DNA from: Mobula hypostoma
Taxonomy: Eukaryota
Direction: 5' to 3'
DNA length: 64,000 bases
NCBI RefSeq assembly: GCF_963921235.1
Contig: NC_086097.1
Span: 106,270,001-106,334,000, forward strand
Shown: piece by piece, positions 1 through 10,638 of the stretch
Layout: each line of letters begins with the position of its first letter
How positions within the stretch are numbered: position 1 is the first letter of the stretch
The notes under the pieces: model-generated
Told to the model about the DNA's origin: nothing
Database searches by the model: none
Seen by the model: the letters and a program-made list of their open reading frames with translations, nothing else
Translations under genes and position numbers: made by a program

Positions 1-1677
1 GGAGCACCAGGCCATTGTCTCCCACACCATCATCGACCTTATCAGCTCTGGGGATCTTCCATCCACTGCCACCAACCTCATAGTTCCCACACCCTGCACT
101 TCTCATTTCTACGCCCTACCCAAGATCCACAAACCTGCCTGTCCAGGTAGACCCATTGTTTCAGCTTGCTCCTGACCTACCAAACTCATTTCTACATATC
201 TTGACACTGTTTTATCCACCCGCCCCCCTTCCCACCTATGTTAGTTATAATTCTCATGCTCTGGATTTTTTTCAATGATTTGAAGTTCCCTGGCCCCCAT
301 CGTCTTATTTTCACCATGGATGTGCAGTCCGTACATACCTCCATCCCCCACCAGGAAGGTCTCAAAGCTCTCTGTTTCTTTTTGGATTCCAGACCCAACC
401 AGTTCCCCTCTACCACCACTCTCCTCCACCTAGCAGAATTGGTCCTTACTCTTAATAATTTCTCCTTTGGCTTCTCCCACTTCCTTCAAACTAAAGGTGT
501 AGCCATGGGCACCTGTATGGGTCCCAGCTATGCCTGCCTTTTTGTTGGCTATGTGGAACAGTCCATGTTCCAAACCTATACTGGTATCCGTCCCCCACTT
601 TTCCTTCGCTACATTGACGACTGCATTGGCACTGCTTCCTGCACGCATGCTGAGCTCGTTGACTTCATTAACTTTGCCTCCAACTTCCACCCTGCCCTCA
701 AAGTTACCTGGTCCATTTCTGACACCTCCCCCCCCTTCCTTGATCTCTCTGTCTCTATCTCTGGAGACAGCTTATTGACTGATGTCTACTATAAGCCCAT
801 GGACTCTCACAGCTACCTGGACTATTCCTCTTCCCACCCTGTTACTTGTAAAAATGCCATCCCGTTCTCTCAATTCCTCCGTCTCCACCGCATCTGCTCT
901 CAGAATGAGGCTTTTCATTCCAGGACGAAGGAGATGTCTTCTTTTTTTAAAGAAAGGGGCCTCCCTTCCTCCACCATCAACTCTGCCCTCAAAAGCATCT
1001 CTCCCATTTCACGCACATCTGCTCTTACCCCATCCTCTTGCCACCCCACTAGGGATAGGGTTCCTCTTGTCCTCACCTACCACCCCACCAGCCTCTGTGT
1101 CCAACATATAATTCTCCGTAACTTCCGCCATCTCCAACAGGATCCCACCACCAAGCACATCTTTCCCTCCCCTTCACTTTCTGCTTTCCACAGGAAAGTC
1201 CCTACGTGACTCCGTTGTCCATTCGTTTCCCCCCCAACCCTTCCCACCGATCTCCCACCTGGTATTAATCCTTGTAAGCGGAACAAGTGCTACACCTGCC
1301 CTTACACTTCCTCCCTCACCACCATTCAGGGTCCCAGACAGTCCTTCCAGGTGAGGCAACACTTCACTTGTGAGTCTGCTGATGTGATATACTGTGTCCG
1401 GTGTTCCTGGAGTGGCCTTCTTTATATTGGTGAGACCCGACGCAGATTGGGAGACCGCTTCACTGAACACCTACGCTCTGTCCGCCAGAGGAACCAGGAT
1501 CTCCCAGTGGCCACGCATTTTAATTCCACATCCCATTCCCATTCTGATATGTCAATCCATAGCCTCCTCTGTTGTCGAGATGAGGCCACACTCAGGTTGG
1601 AGGAGCAACACCTTATATTCCGTCTGGGCAGCCTCCAACCTGATGGCATGAACATTGATTTCTCTAACTTCCGTTGA
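1..1677 (+). pseudogene. Disrupted PLE RT/GIY-YIG polyprotein
   Basis: RT and endonuclease lie in separate ORFs (stop at 1207-1209) and upstream coding sequence is also interrupted. Confidence 0.85.
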
Positions 1678-1700
1678 TGCCCCTCCTCCCCTTCTTACCC

Positions 1701-1760
1701 TATCTCTATCTATCTATCTATCTATCTATCTGTCTATTTATTTATTTATTTATTTATTTT
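1701..1760 (+). repeat. (TCTA)n(TTTA)n microsatellite in the PLE 3' UTR
   Basis: Direct reading of the sequence. Confidence 0.9.
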
Positions 1761-2000
1761 CTTTCTTTCTCTCTCACAATAACCCCTTGCCTGTTCTCCA
1801 TCTTCCTCTGGTGCTCCCCTCCCCCTTTCTTTCTTCCAATGGCTTTCGTCCCATGGTACTCCCCCTTCTCCAGCCTTGTATCCCTTTTACCAACTTCCCA
1901 GCTCTTTGCTTCATCACTCCCCCTCCTGTCTTCTCCTATCATTTCGGGTCTTGCCCTCCCCCTCCCACTATCAAATCTCTTACTATCTCTTTTTTCTGTT

Positions 2001-2036
2001 AGTCCTGACGAAGGGTCTCAACCTGTAATGTCAACT
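2001..2036 (+). ncRNA. Degenerate minimal hammerhead ribozyme motif in PLE terminus
   Basis: AGTC-CTGACGA-AGGGTCTCAACCT-GTAATGTC-AACT; CUGANGA intact, GAAA mutated to GTAA. Confidence 0.65.
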
Positions 2037-2130
2037 ATACTTCTTCCTATAGATGCCTCCTGGCCTGGTGCGTTCCACCAGCATTTTGTGTGTGTTGCTT
2101 GAATTTCCAGCATCTGCAGATTTTCTCGTG

Positions 2131-2338
2131 CCTGATTTAACCCTAGCCCAATCAGAGGTCAATTTATAATGACAAATTAACCTACCAATCAGTACGTCTT
2201 TGAACTGTGGGAAGAAAATGGGCACCCGGAGGAAACACACGCAGTACGTACAACTCCCTACAGGCAGCAGTGGCAATTGAACCCAGGTTGCTGGTACTGT
2301 AAAGTGATGTGTTGATCACCATGCTACCCTGCTGTCCC
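2131..2338 (-). mobile_element. tRNA-derived V-SINE-like SINE, cut at its 3' side by the PLE
   Basis: Reverse complement contains A/B-box-like head (GGTAGCATGGTG...GGGTTCAATT) and core GCGTGTGTTTCCTCCGGGTGCCC...TTCCCACAG, similar to 7010 and 40080 copies. Confidence 0.8.
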
Positions 2339-2658
2339 ACCCTGTATTGTACGTGGACAGTACAACTCTGTTCAACACTGACCATTTTAACTGGTGCATA
2401 CACACCGATATTCAGACACATGGATACAGGGGCAAGCGGAATGGGGAGAGACACACATCACAAATGGCTACAAGGCATAGGGAATCAGCCATGGTGTCTC
2501 ACTGGAGGAACTATGTAGACTCGAGTTTTAGGCTTTCATTTCAGTCTTTTATTCATTTATGATGTGCACTGAGATGATTGGCGCATTGTCACTGAATGCA
2601 GAAAATGACAAGCAATGGGAAGCAGTCTATCTCCTAATGTGGCATGGATCCACCAGAG

Positions 2659-2738
2659 CAGGGGTTCCCAACCTTTTAAAAGCTACAGACCAATACCATT
2701 AAGCAAGGGGTCAGTGGACCCCAGGTTGGGAGCCCCTG
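2659..2738. mobile_element. 80-bp hAT-like MITE
   Basis: TIRs CAGGGGTTCCCAACCT / AGGTTGGGAGCCCCTG; flanking 8-mers CACCAGAG and CGCTAGGG match 5/8. Confidence 0.7.
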
Positions 2739-2964
2739 CGCTAGGGTATCACCTTTATTTCAAGTCCTTTATAAGGGCTTGGCTATACTAAGCAGATAAT
2801 GGATCTGGTACAAGCTGCCATGAGGGAACAGGTAAGTGTAATATAACATCTCGCTGCCTCTATGCAGACTCAGGAAGAACTCTGAATTCTGCCTTTTGTC
2901 TGTCATCTTTGGGAGAAAACTGAAGTACCTCACAAACAGTAAGGTGGCACTCGTTCTGCACTGA

Positions 2965-3495
2965 GATGCTATTTATCAGTAAGTCATTGCTCGCTATAAA
3001 TAGTGATTATAGAACACCATTTAGGCCATATTTGGAGTACAGTGTGCAGTTCTGGTTGCTACTTTATATTAAAGGATTTAGAGGCTGTGAAGAGGGTGCA
3101 GAAGAGGTTTACTACAATGACTCATCAGTATTAGCCATGAGAGGTTGGACAAACTTGGATCTGATCCAAGTATATCAAAACATGGAGGTACAGACAGGGT
3201 AGATAGTCAGAGTCTTTTATCCCATGGTGTTAAGGTCAATAGAGGGCATAGGTTAAAGTTAAGAGTGGAAAATTTAAAAAGAATTTTGTAAGGCAAGGTT
3301 TCTTTTTTACACAGAGAGTAGTAGTTGCCTGGAATGTGCTGTAGGGCTGGTGGCAAAAACAGTTATGAAAGCAACAGTTAAGTGTTATTGAGATAGGGAA
3401 TAGAGGGATATAGGTAGATAGGATTAGTAAGCCTGAAATCATGGTGGGTGTAGACATGATGGGCCGAGGGGCCTCTTCCTATTCTATATGTTATC
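2965..3495 (+). mobile_element. Old CR1 LINE 3' fragment
   Basis: RPYLEYSVQFW motif; decayed CR1 tail GATGGGCCGAGGGGCCT...TTCTATATGTT. Confidence 0.8.
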
Positions 3496-3953
3496 AGTTC
3501 GAATACTAAGTGGTTTAAAAATCAACAGAGAGGAAGAGAAATGCTGCTGAAAGACTTTTGAGAAACAGGCCCAGACATTAATCCCTTAGCATTAAGTAGT
3601 GAAGGCAGACCTGGATGAAAATGTGAGAGAAGTCAATGCCTCATCAAAGTGCACTGGGGTTCAGTTATTGCTGGATTCTAATGCTGAATGGACAAGGAAT
3701 GTGACGAGTTGAACATCTTGAGTAAGATCCACCAAGGATTTTGCTAGGTCTTCATGACAACCATCTCTCTATCAGGGAATTCCCAACTGCGTAAACTCCA
3801 TCTAAGGATAAATACTGGCATGAGACTGAGAGTCAACAAGTACTGTAAGGAACAGTTGAAAAGAACTTTCAAGAGAGAGTTCAAGAGGGTGTGAAACTGC
3901 TGAGAGGTAAACGGGTGGATTCTGTGCAGTCCAACTGGAGGGTTCAACCCAGT

Positions 3954-4248
3954 CACGAGGAAATCTGCAGATGCTGGAATTTCAAGCAACACACATAAAA
4001 GTTGCTGTTGAATGCAGCAGGCCAGGCAGCATCTCTAGGAAGAGGTACAGTCGACGTTTCGGGCTGAGACCCTTCGGCAGGACTAACTGAAAGAAGAGCT
4101 AGACTAGCTCTTCTTTCAGTTAGTCCTGCCGAAGGGTCTTGGCCCAAAACGTCACGGTATCTCTTCCTAGAGGTGCAAACGTCGACTGTACCTCTTCCTA
4201 GAGGTGCTGCCTGGCCTGCTGCGTTCACCAGCAACTTTTATGTGTGTT
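3954..4248. mobile_element. Fold-back PLE terminus element (two inverted arms, centre 4103), 13-bp TSD
   Basis: AAGAAGAGCTAG-A-CTAGCTCTTCTT centre; TSD GGTTCAACCCAGT at 3941-3953 and 4249-4261. Confidence 0.9.
4049..4084 (-). ncRNA. Minimal type I hammerhead motif, best-preserved copy (one core change, CUGCCGA)
   Basis: Reverse complement AGTC-CTGCCGA-AGGGTCTCAGCCC-GAAAC-GTC-GACT: stem I AGUC/GACU, stem II GGG/CCC, GUC triplet. Confidence 0.75.
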
Positions 4249-5993
4249 GGTTCAACCCAGTGGCCAGATTGGCCGCATGAGGCAGGGCAAATCTCACTTT
4301 TCCATGAGGTTACTGCCTCCCGTTCGGGCAATGACCCCCCAGATTTAAGATTTGACCCTCCTCCTTTGCTGATATCTTTCTCTTGAGAAGCATGGCCCTT
4401 TGCTGTCTCATTTGTCTTCTTCAAGCATGAGTTTTTGCCTTGCTTAGCTAGGTTAGGGAACTTGCAGGAGACACGTTCTCCTGGAATTTTATTTTAAGGA
4501 AGTTACTGTATTGGCAATGCCATGGATCTGACTATACAATAAGTGGAGAAGCTGTAAGATGCATAAGTATTCGAGGCTATGAAAGCAGCAGCTGGCTCTT
4601 GTGCCCTAATATTCAGACCTCAGGACAGTGCTGTTCCTAAATGTGTCAGGCCAATATGAACTGCCGAAAATGGAAAAGGCATCTGAGTTTTCAGGAAATA
4701 ACTGATCATTTGGATTTTTTAAAACCAGGATAAGTGACAATTTGGATAATGAAAAGTGAAACACTTTCTCTTTGTGAAGAGGTCTGAGTTTTTTGCCAAG
4801 GGGAGCCTTCTAATCTGGCATTCTGGATTTTGGCGATGATAACCTCATCCACACCAATGACCAAATCTCACCTTGATCACAGAGCTTTGGCTATGGGGAA
4901 AAGGAAATGGAACAGGAGCAAAGCTCCACAGAGTACAGTCCAGACTGATGTGTGTAGGTTGTCTCACAGGATGTCACATAACTCAGCCTTTGGAAACCTA
5001 TGTTTCGATATGCATTGTTCCTTGGATGGTCATGATTGGAACTAGCCTTCCCGAGAAGTATCAGTGGGTATGTCCTCTTCCCCCAGCCCCTAATCTCCCT
5101 TCAGTCACCTTACAATATCTAACCTGAACTTCAAACTGTCAGTAATGCAACCAATGATGCCTTTATCACTTTATTTCCTCAGCAATTAAACTCTCCAAAA
5201 AATATAAAAGTACATGCCCGATCTGCTGAGTGTTTCCAGCTTGTTCTGTTTTTGTACCAGTTTATAGCATTGCTAGAACACTCTGGGGTGTTCTTTGCAT
5301 TTTTACAAACTAACTTGCTTTTTGAACTTGTGCACTTCACTTCAGTTTGACATTGTGAATCACTGACATTAGATCTGATCTGTGGTAAAGTGGATTCACA
5401 ATGGATGCTCCTGGTCTTATTTTATAATTGTTGCAAGTTGACCTGAGAATCACTACAAATGTGATTTATACTTGCGTAAATCGATTCTTGATCTCTGTGC
5501 TGAAAAAGACAGTTGGCTGTGATGAAATTTCCTGGCAAGTGGGTAGAAATGCTTCAAGCAGTTGTGATGCTTTAAGATAGATGCGTCTTTGGATAGGTAG
5601 GCATCATGCATTTCCAAAGGCCAATGATATTAAATGAGGTGAGAATGCAGGCCAGACATCAGCGTCACCCCACTACAAACCAATATGAAAGTGAAGCCGA
5701 CACTTCAGACAGCAGTGTGATATATTTTTAATATAGAGAAGTATTTTTATGCCTTCCATAATGTTAATGGAAAATAAACTGCTATTTAAAATGAATTGGT
5801 ATAGTTGATATAACCTCCAAATCTGCTGAAGACCTTAAAGTGGCTGCTTGTACAAATATTTTGTAATTTACATAATACAGTATTCATTTTTTTATCATTG
5901 ACAGCGTGTTTCCACTGTGATTGCACATTATAATATTAAAATTAACAACATTTTTCACAAGAAACACCTGCAAAATGTTCATATATTGAGCAG

Positions 5994-7001
5994 CAAACAC
6001 GAGGAAATCTGCAGATGCTTGAAATTCAAGCAACACGCAAAAAATGCTGGTGGATGCAGCAGGCCAGGCAGCATCTATAGGAAGAAGTACAGTGGCTGTT
6101 TCGGGCTGAGACCCTTCGTCAGGACTAACTGAAAGAAGAGATAGTAAGAGATTTGAAAGTGGAAGGAGGAGGGGGGTAATCCGAAATGACAGGAGAAGAC
6201 AGGAGGGGGAGGGATGAAGCTAAGAGCTGGAAAGTTGATTGGCAAAAGGAATACGAGGCTGGAGAAGGGAGAGGATCATGGGTTGGGAGGCCTAGGGAGA
6301 AATAAAGAGGGAGGGGAGCACCAGAGGAAGATGGAGAGAAGGCAAAGAATTACTGTGAGAGGGATAGAGAGAGAAAAAAAGGGGGAAATAATAAATAAAT
6401 AGGGATGGGGTAAGAAGGGGAGGAGGGGCATTAACGGAAGTTAGAGAAGCAGGATCTTCGAGTGGCCATACATTTTAATTCCGTGTCCCATTCCCATTCT
6501 GTTATGTCTATCCATGGCCTCCTCTACTGTCAAGATGAAGCCACACTCAGGTTGGAGGAACAACACCTTATATTCCGTCTGGATAGCCTCCAACCTGAAG
6601 GCATGAACATTGACTTCTCTAACTTCCGTTAATACCCCTCTTCCCCTTCACACCCCATCCCTTACTTATTTATTTATTGATTATTTCTCCCCCTTTTCTC
6701 TCTCTATCCCTCTCACAATAACTCCTTGCCTGCTCTCCATCTTCCTCTCGTGCTCCCCTCTCCCCTTCTTTCTCCCTAGGCCTCCCATCCCATGATCCTC
6801 TCCCTTCTCCAGCTTGGTATCCCTTTTGCCAATCAACTTTCCAGCTCTTAGCTCCATCCCTCCCCCTCCTGTCTCCCCCGCCTCCTTCCACTTTCAAATC
6901 TCTTACTATCTCTTCTTTCAGTTAGTCCTGACGAAGGGTCTCAGCCCAAGACTTCTTCCTATAGATGTTGCCTGGCCTCCTGCGTTCCACCAGCATTTTG
7001 T
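5994..7001. mobile_element. Fold-back PLE insertion: inverted arm 5994-6449 plus sense arm 6450-7001 containing the GIY-YIG C-terminal coding end; 13-bp TSD
   Basis: Arms are reverse complements over ~400 bp; TSD ATATATTGAGCAG at 5981-5993 and 7002-7014; homologous to 1495-2130. Confidence 0.9.
6091..6126 (-). ncRNA. Hammerhead motif with intact CUGACGA and GAAA, altered cleavage region
   Basis: Reverse complement AGTCCTGACGAAGGGTCTCAGCCCGAAACAGCCACT. Confidence 0.65.
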
Positions 7002-7009
7002 ATATATTG

Positions 7010-7290
7010 AGCAGTATGGCAGTGTAGTGGTTAGCACAATGCTTTGCAGAACTAGCGACGTGGGTTCATTTCCCTGTCACTGCCCGTGAGGAGTTTGCAT
7101 GTTCTCCCTGTGGCTGTGTGGGTTTCCTCCAGGTGCTCTGGTGACCTCCCACAGTCCAATTACTTACCGGTTGGTAGGTTAATTGATCATTGGAAGTAAT
7201 CCCTTTTATTAAACTAGGGCTTAAATGCGCATGGCTGGGCAGCACAGCTTGAATGGCCTATTCCATGCTGTATATCAATAAATAAATTTT
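7010..7290 (+). mobile_element. V-SINE-like tRNA-derived SINE
   Basis: Head GGCAGTGTAGTGGTTAGC...GGGTTCATTTCCC; core GTGTGGGTTTCCTCCAGGTGCTCTGG..CCTCCCACAG; (AATA)n tail. Confidence 0.8.
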
Positions 7291-7869
7291 CTAATAGAAC
7301 AGAAGAAACCCCAAGCAGATGAATAGAATAAAAATGAAGTAAGTCTAAAGAATTAAGAGGATGAAAGTCAGTAATGCTGGCAACGTCAGCCCATTGTACT
7401 CTGCCTCAGGAATTCTACTGACTTCAAAGGAATGAATTTCAAATGATATTGTGTGTTTAGTGCTGCTGTTTTGGAACAAAATTCTCAGCACAAATCTTTA
7501 AGTGATTCTACTTTAAAAATATCTACAGCACTGTATTAACCTGGAAGTATTCCTGACAGCTTTCCCGTGTAAACTCTTCCCGAGTGTACTTAACTTACAA
7601 CACTTTATATAAGTGATTCTACAATGTCTTGGAGGTTTGCTATCGTCTCCCAGAACACTGTAGTACTCTATGTCCACTAAGATGCATCTGCTAAACAACG
7701 CTCTGTTCCTCATCCATTGAAATATTAAGTAGCGTACATTTATAATGGTAGAAATTGAGACTGATAACCTTGCTATGCGTCCTACAATACTTCTTCTATT
7801 GAAATATACACAACTCAGAACATTAGTCCCAACATGATCAAAGTCAGGAAGCAAAAGGTTGAGCATGGT

Positions 7870-8232
7870 GAGACTAATGTTCTAAGCTGCATATATTTCA
7901 GTGCAAGAAGTATTGTAAGAAAGGTGGATGAGCTCAGGGCATGGATCAACACCTGGAATAATGACATTGTAGCCATTAGACAGAGTTGGTTGTAGGAGGG
8001 GCAGGACTGGCAGCTCAATATTCCAGGGTTCTGCTGTTCTAGATGCGACAGAACGGAAGGGATAAAAGGGGAGGGGTGGCATTACCAGTCAGGGAAAATA
8101 CCATGGATGTGCTCAGTCAGAGCAGACTGGAGAGCTCCTCTGGTAAGGCTTTATGCGTGGAACTGAGGAATAAGATGGGTATGATAATGTTAATGGGGTC
8201 ATATCATAGACCTCCCACAGTCCATGGGATTT
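7870..8232 (+). mobile_element. CR1 ORF2 N-terminal (APE endonuclease) fragment
   Basis: Encodes ARSIVRKVDELRAWI...DIVAI, GGVAL, VELRNK; similar to 32555-32900. Confidence 0.75.
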
Positions 8233-8800
8233 AGAGAACATAGAAACATAGAAAACCTACAGCACAATACAGGCGCTTTGGCCCACAAAGTTGTGCCAAA
8301 CATGTCCCTACCTTATAAATTACTAGACTTCCCCATAGCCCTCTGTTTTTCTAAGCTCCATGTACCCATCCAAAAGTCTCTTAAAAGACCCTATTGTATC
8401 TGCCTCCACCACCGTTGCCAGCAGACCATTCCATGCACTCACCACTCTCTGAGTAAAAAACTTACCCCTGACATCACCTCTGTACCTACTCCCCAGCACC
8501 TTAAACCTGTGTCCTCTTGTGGCAACTATTTCAGCCCTGGGAAAAAGTCTCTGATTATCCACACGATCAATGCCTCTCATCATCTTATACACCTCCATCA
8601 GGTCACCTCTCATCCTCTGTCGCTCCAAGGAAAAAAGGCCGAGTTCACTCAACCTGTTTTCATAAGGCATGCTCCCCAATCCAGGCAACATCCCTGTAAA
8701 TCTCATCTGCACCCTTTCTATGGCTTCTACATCCTTCCTGTAGTGAGGCGACCAGAACTGAACACAGTACTCCAAGTGAGGTCTCACCAAGGTCCTCTAT
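8233..8800 (-). mobile_element. CR1 LINE 3' end
   Basis: ORF 8323-8790 VRPHLEYCVQFWSP...FFTQRVVSAWNGL; (TATGTTTC)n tail. Confidence 0.92.
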
Positions 8801-10050
8801 AACATGGCCTGGATGGTGGGGGTCCTTGATGATGGATATTGTTTTCCTGCAAGAGCGCTCCACGAAAATATGCTCAATGGTAGGGAGAGTTATATCCGTG
8901 ATTGGTTGGGTCATATCTGCTACATTTTGTTGTTATGTCTGTTCAAGTGCAATGGTGTCTCCATACAAGGCCGTGATGCAACCAGTCAATATAACAGCCA
9001 CCCATTTACAGAAGTTTTAGATGACATGCAGAATCTTTATAAACTTCAGGGAAAGTAGAGGCACTGTCGTACTTTTTTTGTAATAGCATTTACGTGCTGC
9101 ACCCAAAACAGAACCTCTGTCTTGATAACACCAAGAAATTTAAAGTTGCTGACCCTCTCTTCTTACCCCCTGAAGAAGGCTGGTTCATGGACCTTCAGTT
9201 TCCTACTCCTGAAGTCAATAATTATCTCTTTGGTCTTGCTCACATTGAGTGACGGGTTTTTGGTTATGGCATCTCTCAGCCAGATTTTCAATCTCCCTCC
9301 TATATGCTGAGTCATCACCGCCTTTGATTTGGCTAATGATAGTGATATTATCAGCAAACTTAAATATGGCATTGGAGTTGTGCTTAGTCTCACAGTCATA
9401 AGTATAAAGCGACTAGAGCAGGGGGCTAAGCACAGAGCCTCGTGGTGCACTGGTGCTGATGATGATTGTGGAGGAGATGTTGTTGCCAATCCAAATTGAC
9501 TGTGATCTGCAGCTGAGGAAATCAAAGGATCCATTTGCAGGTGGTTTTGAGGCCTAGGTCTAGGAGCTTATTGATTGGTTTTGTAGGGATGATAGTATTG
9601 AAAGCCGAGTTGTAGTCAATGAAGAGTATCCTGATGTATAAACCTTCACTGTCCAGATGTTCCAGGGATGAGCAAAGAGTGAATGAAATGGCATCTGTTG
9701 TTGACCTGTTATGGTAGTAGGCAAATTGGAGCAGATCCAAGTCACTCTCAGGCAGGAGTTGATATGTTTCATCACCACCCTCTCAAATCACTTTATCACA
9801 GTGGATGTATGTGCTACTGCACGACGGTCATTGAGGCACCTGTATAATTGAAGCCTGCTTGAAGCAGGTGGATACCTCAGACTGCTGAAATGAAAGGTTG
9901 AAGAGATCAGTGAACACTCCAGCCAGTTGATCAGTCTTTAGCATTTGGCCAGGTACCCTATCTGAGAGGATGTTTTCTGTGGGTTCACCCTCCTGAAGAA
10001 TGCTCTCACATTAGCCTCAGAGACTAAAATCATAGGATCGTCGGGAGCAT
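8801..10050 (-). mobile_element. Rex1/Babar-type non-LTR retrotransposon fragment (decayed RT)
   Basis: [61 protein letters not shown]. Confidence 0.85.
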
Positions 10051-10342
10051 TGGGAATCTTCCTATCACATTTCATGAGTTAACAGATCTTCTTGGGTAGG
10101 AGCCACACTAAGGCTGTAGGATGTTCATTTATTGCCCATTTCACCATCTCTCTGGGAGGACCTAATTTGGTGGTGGTACCACATACAGAATTATTTTTTA
10201 CACACCAATAAAGCAAATTCCAATCCTAGTCATTAAAATATTATCTGATTCAGATATTCATGAATACTCATATACATCAATTAATTTAATGTGGATCAGA
10301 AATTGTGGGGTGGGGAGGAGAGTGGTAGGGTAAACAAATGTA

Positions 10343-10638
10343 CACTCAGTGGCCACTTTATTAGGTACACCTCTTCAACTGCTCGTTAATGCAAATATCT
10401 AATCAGCCAATCATGTGGCAGCAACTCATTGAATGAAAGCATGCAGAAAACCACACCGTGATCCACTCCCGTACATAATAAAGTGGCCATTGCGTGTGAA
10501 TTGTTTTGAAAAGCAACTGAACATTTTGACCATGTCTGCATGATTCTAGGCATTGAGTAGCTGCCACATGATTGGCTGATTAAATATTTGTTTTCACGAG
10601 CAGGTTACAAGTGTACCTAATAAAGTGGCCACTAAGTG
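10343..10638. mobile_element. Tc1/mariner-derived MITE with ~100-bp TIRs and TA TSD
   Basis: TA-CACTCAGTGGCCACTTTATTAGGTACAC ... GTGTACCTAATAAAGTGGCCACTAAGTG-TA. Confidence 0.88.

Larger units (their letters stand above)
1..2130 (+). mobile_element. Penelope-like retroelement, 3' part (RT + GIY-YIG endonuclease + pLTR/3' terminus); runs off the left edge
   Basis: RT motifs (TMDVQSVHTSIP, QTKGVAMGTCMGPSYA, LRYIDD) in ORF 238-1209; GIY-YIG region (VIYCVRC..LLYIGETRRRLGDRFTEH) in ORF 1351-1677; terminus ...CCAGCATCTGCAGATTTTCTCGTG shared with other copies in the window. Confidence 0.93.

Noticed and set aside
1351..1677. Stand-alone GIY-YIG nuclease or homing endonuclease
   Set aside because: It directly follows a PLE RT and precedes the pLTR, so it is the PLE endonuclease
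3954..4248. pre-miRNA or DNA-transposon MITE interpretation of the hairpins
   Set aside because: Arms are PLE termini, ends are asymmetric and junctions vary between copies, which fits retrotransposition better
7010..7085. tRNA gene (also 2270-2338 and 40080-40155)
   Set aside because: tRNA-like heads continue into SINE core and tail sequence; no intact cloverleaf seen
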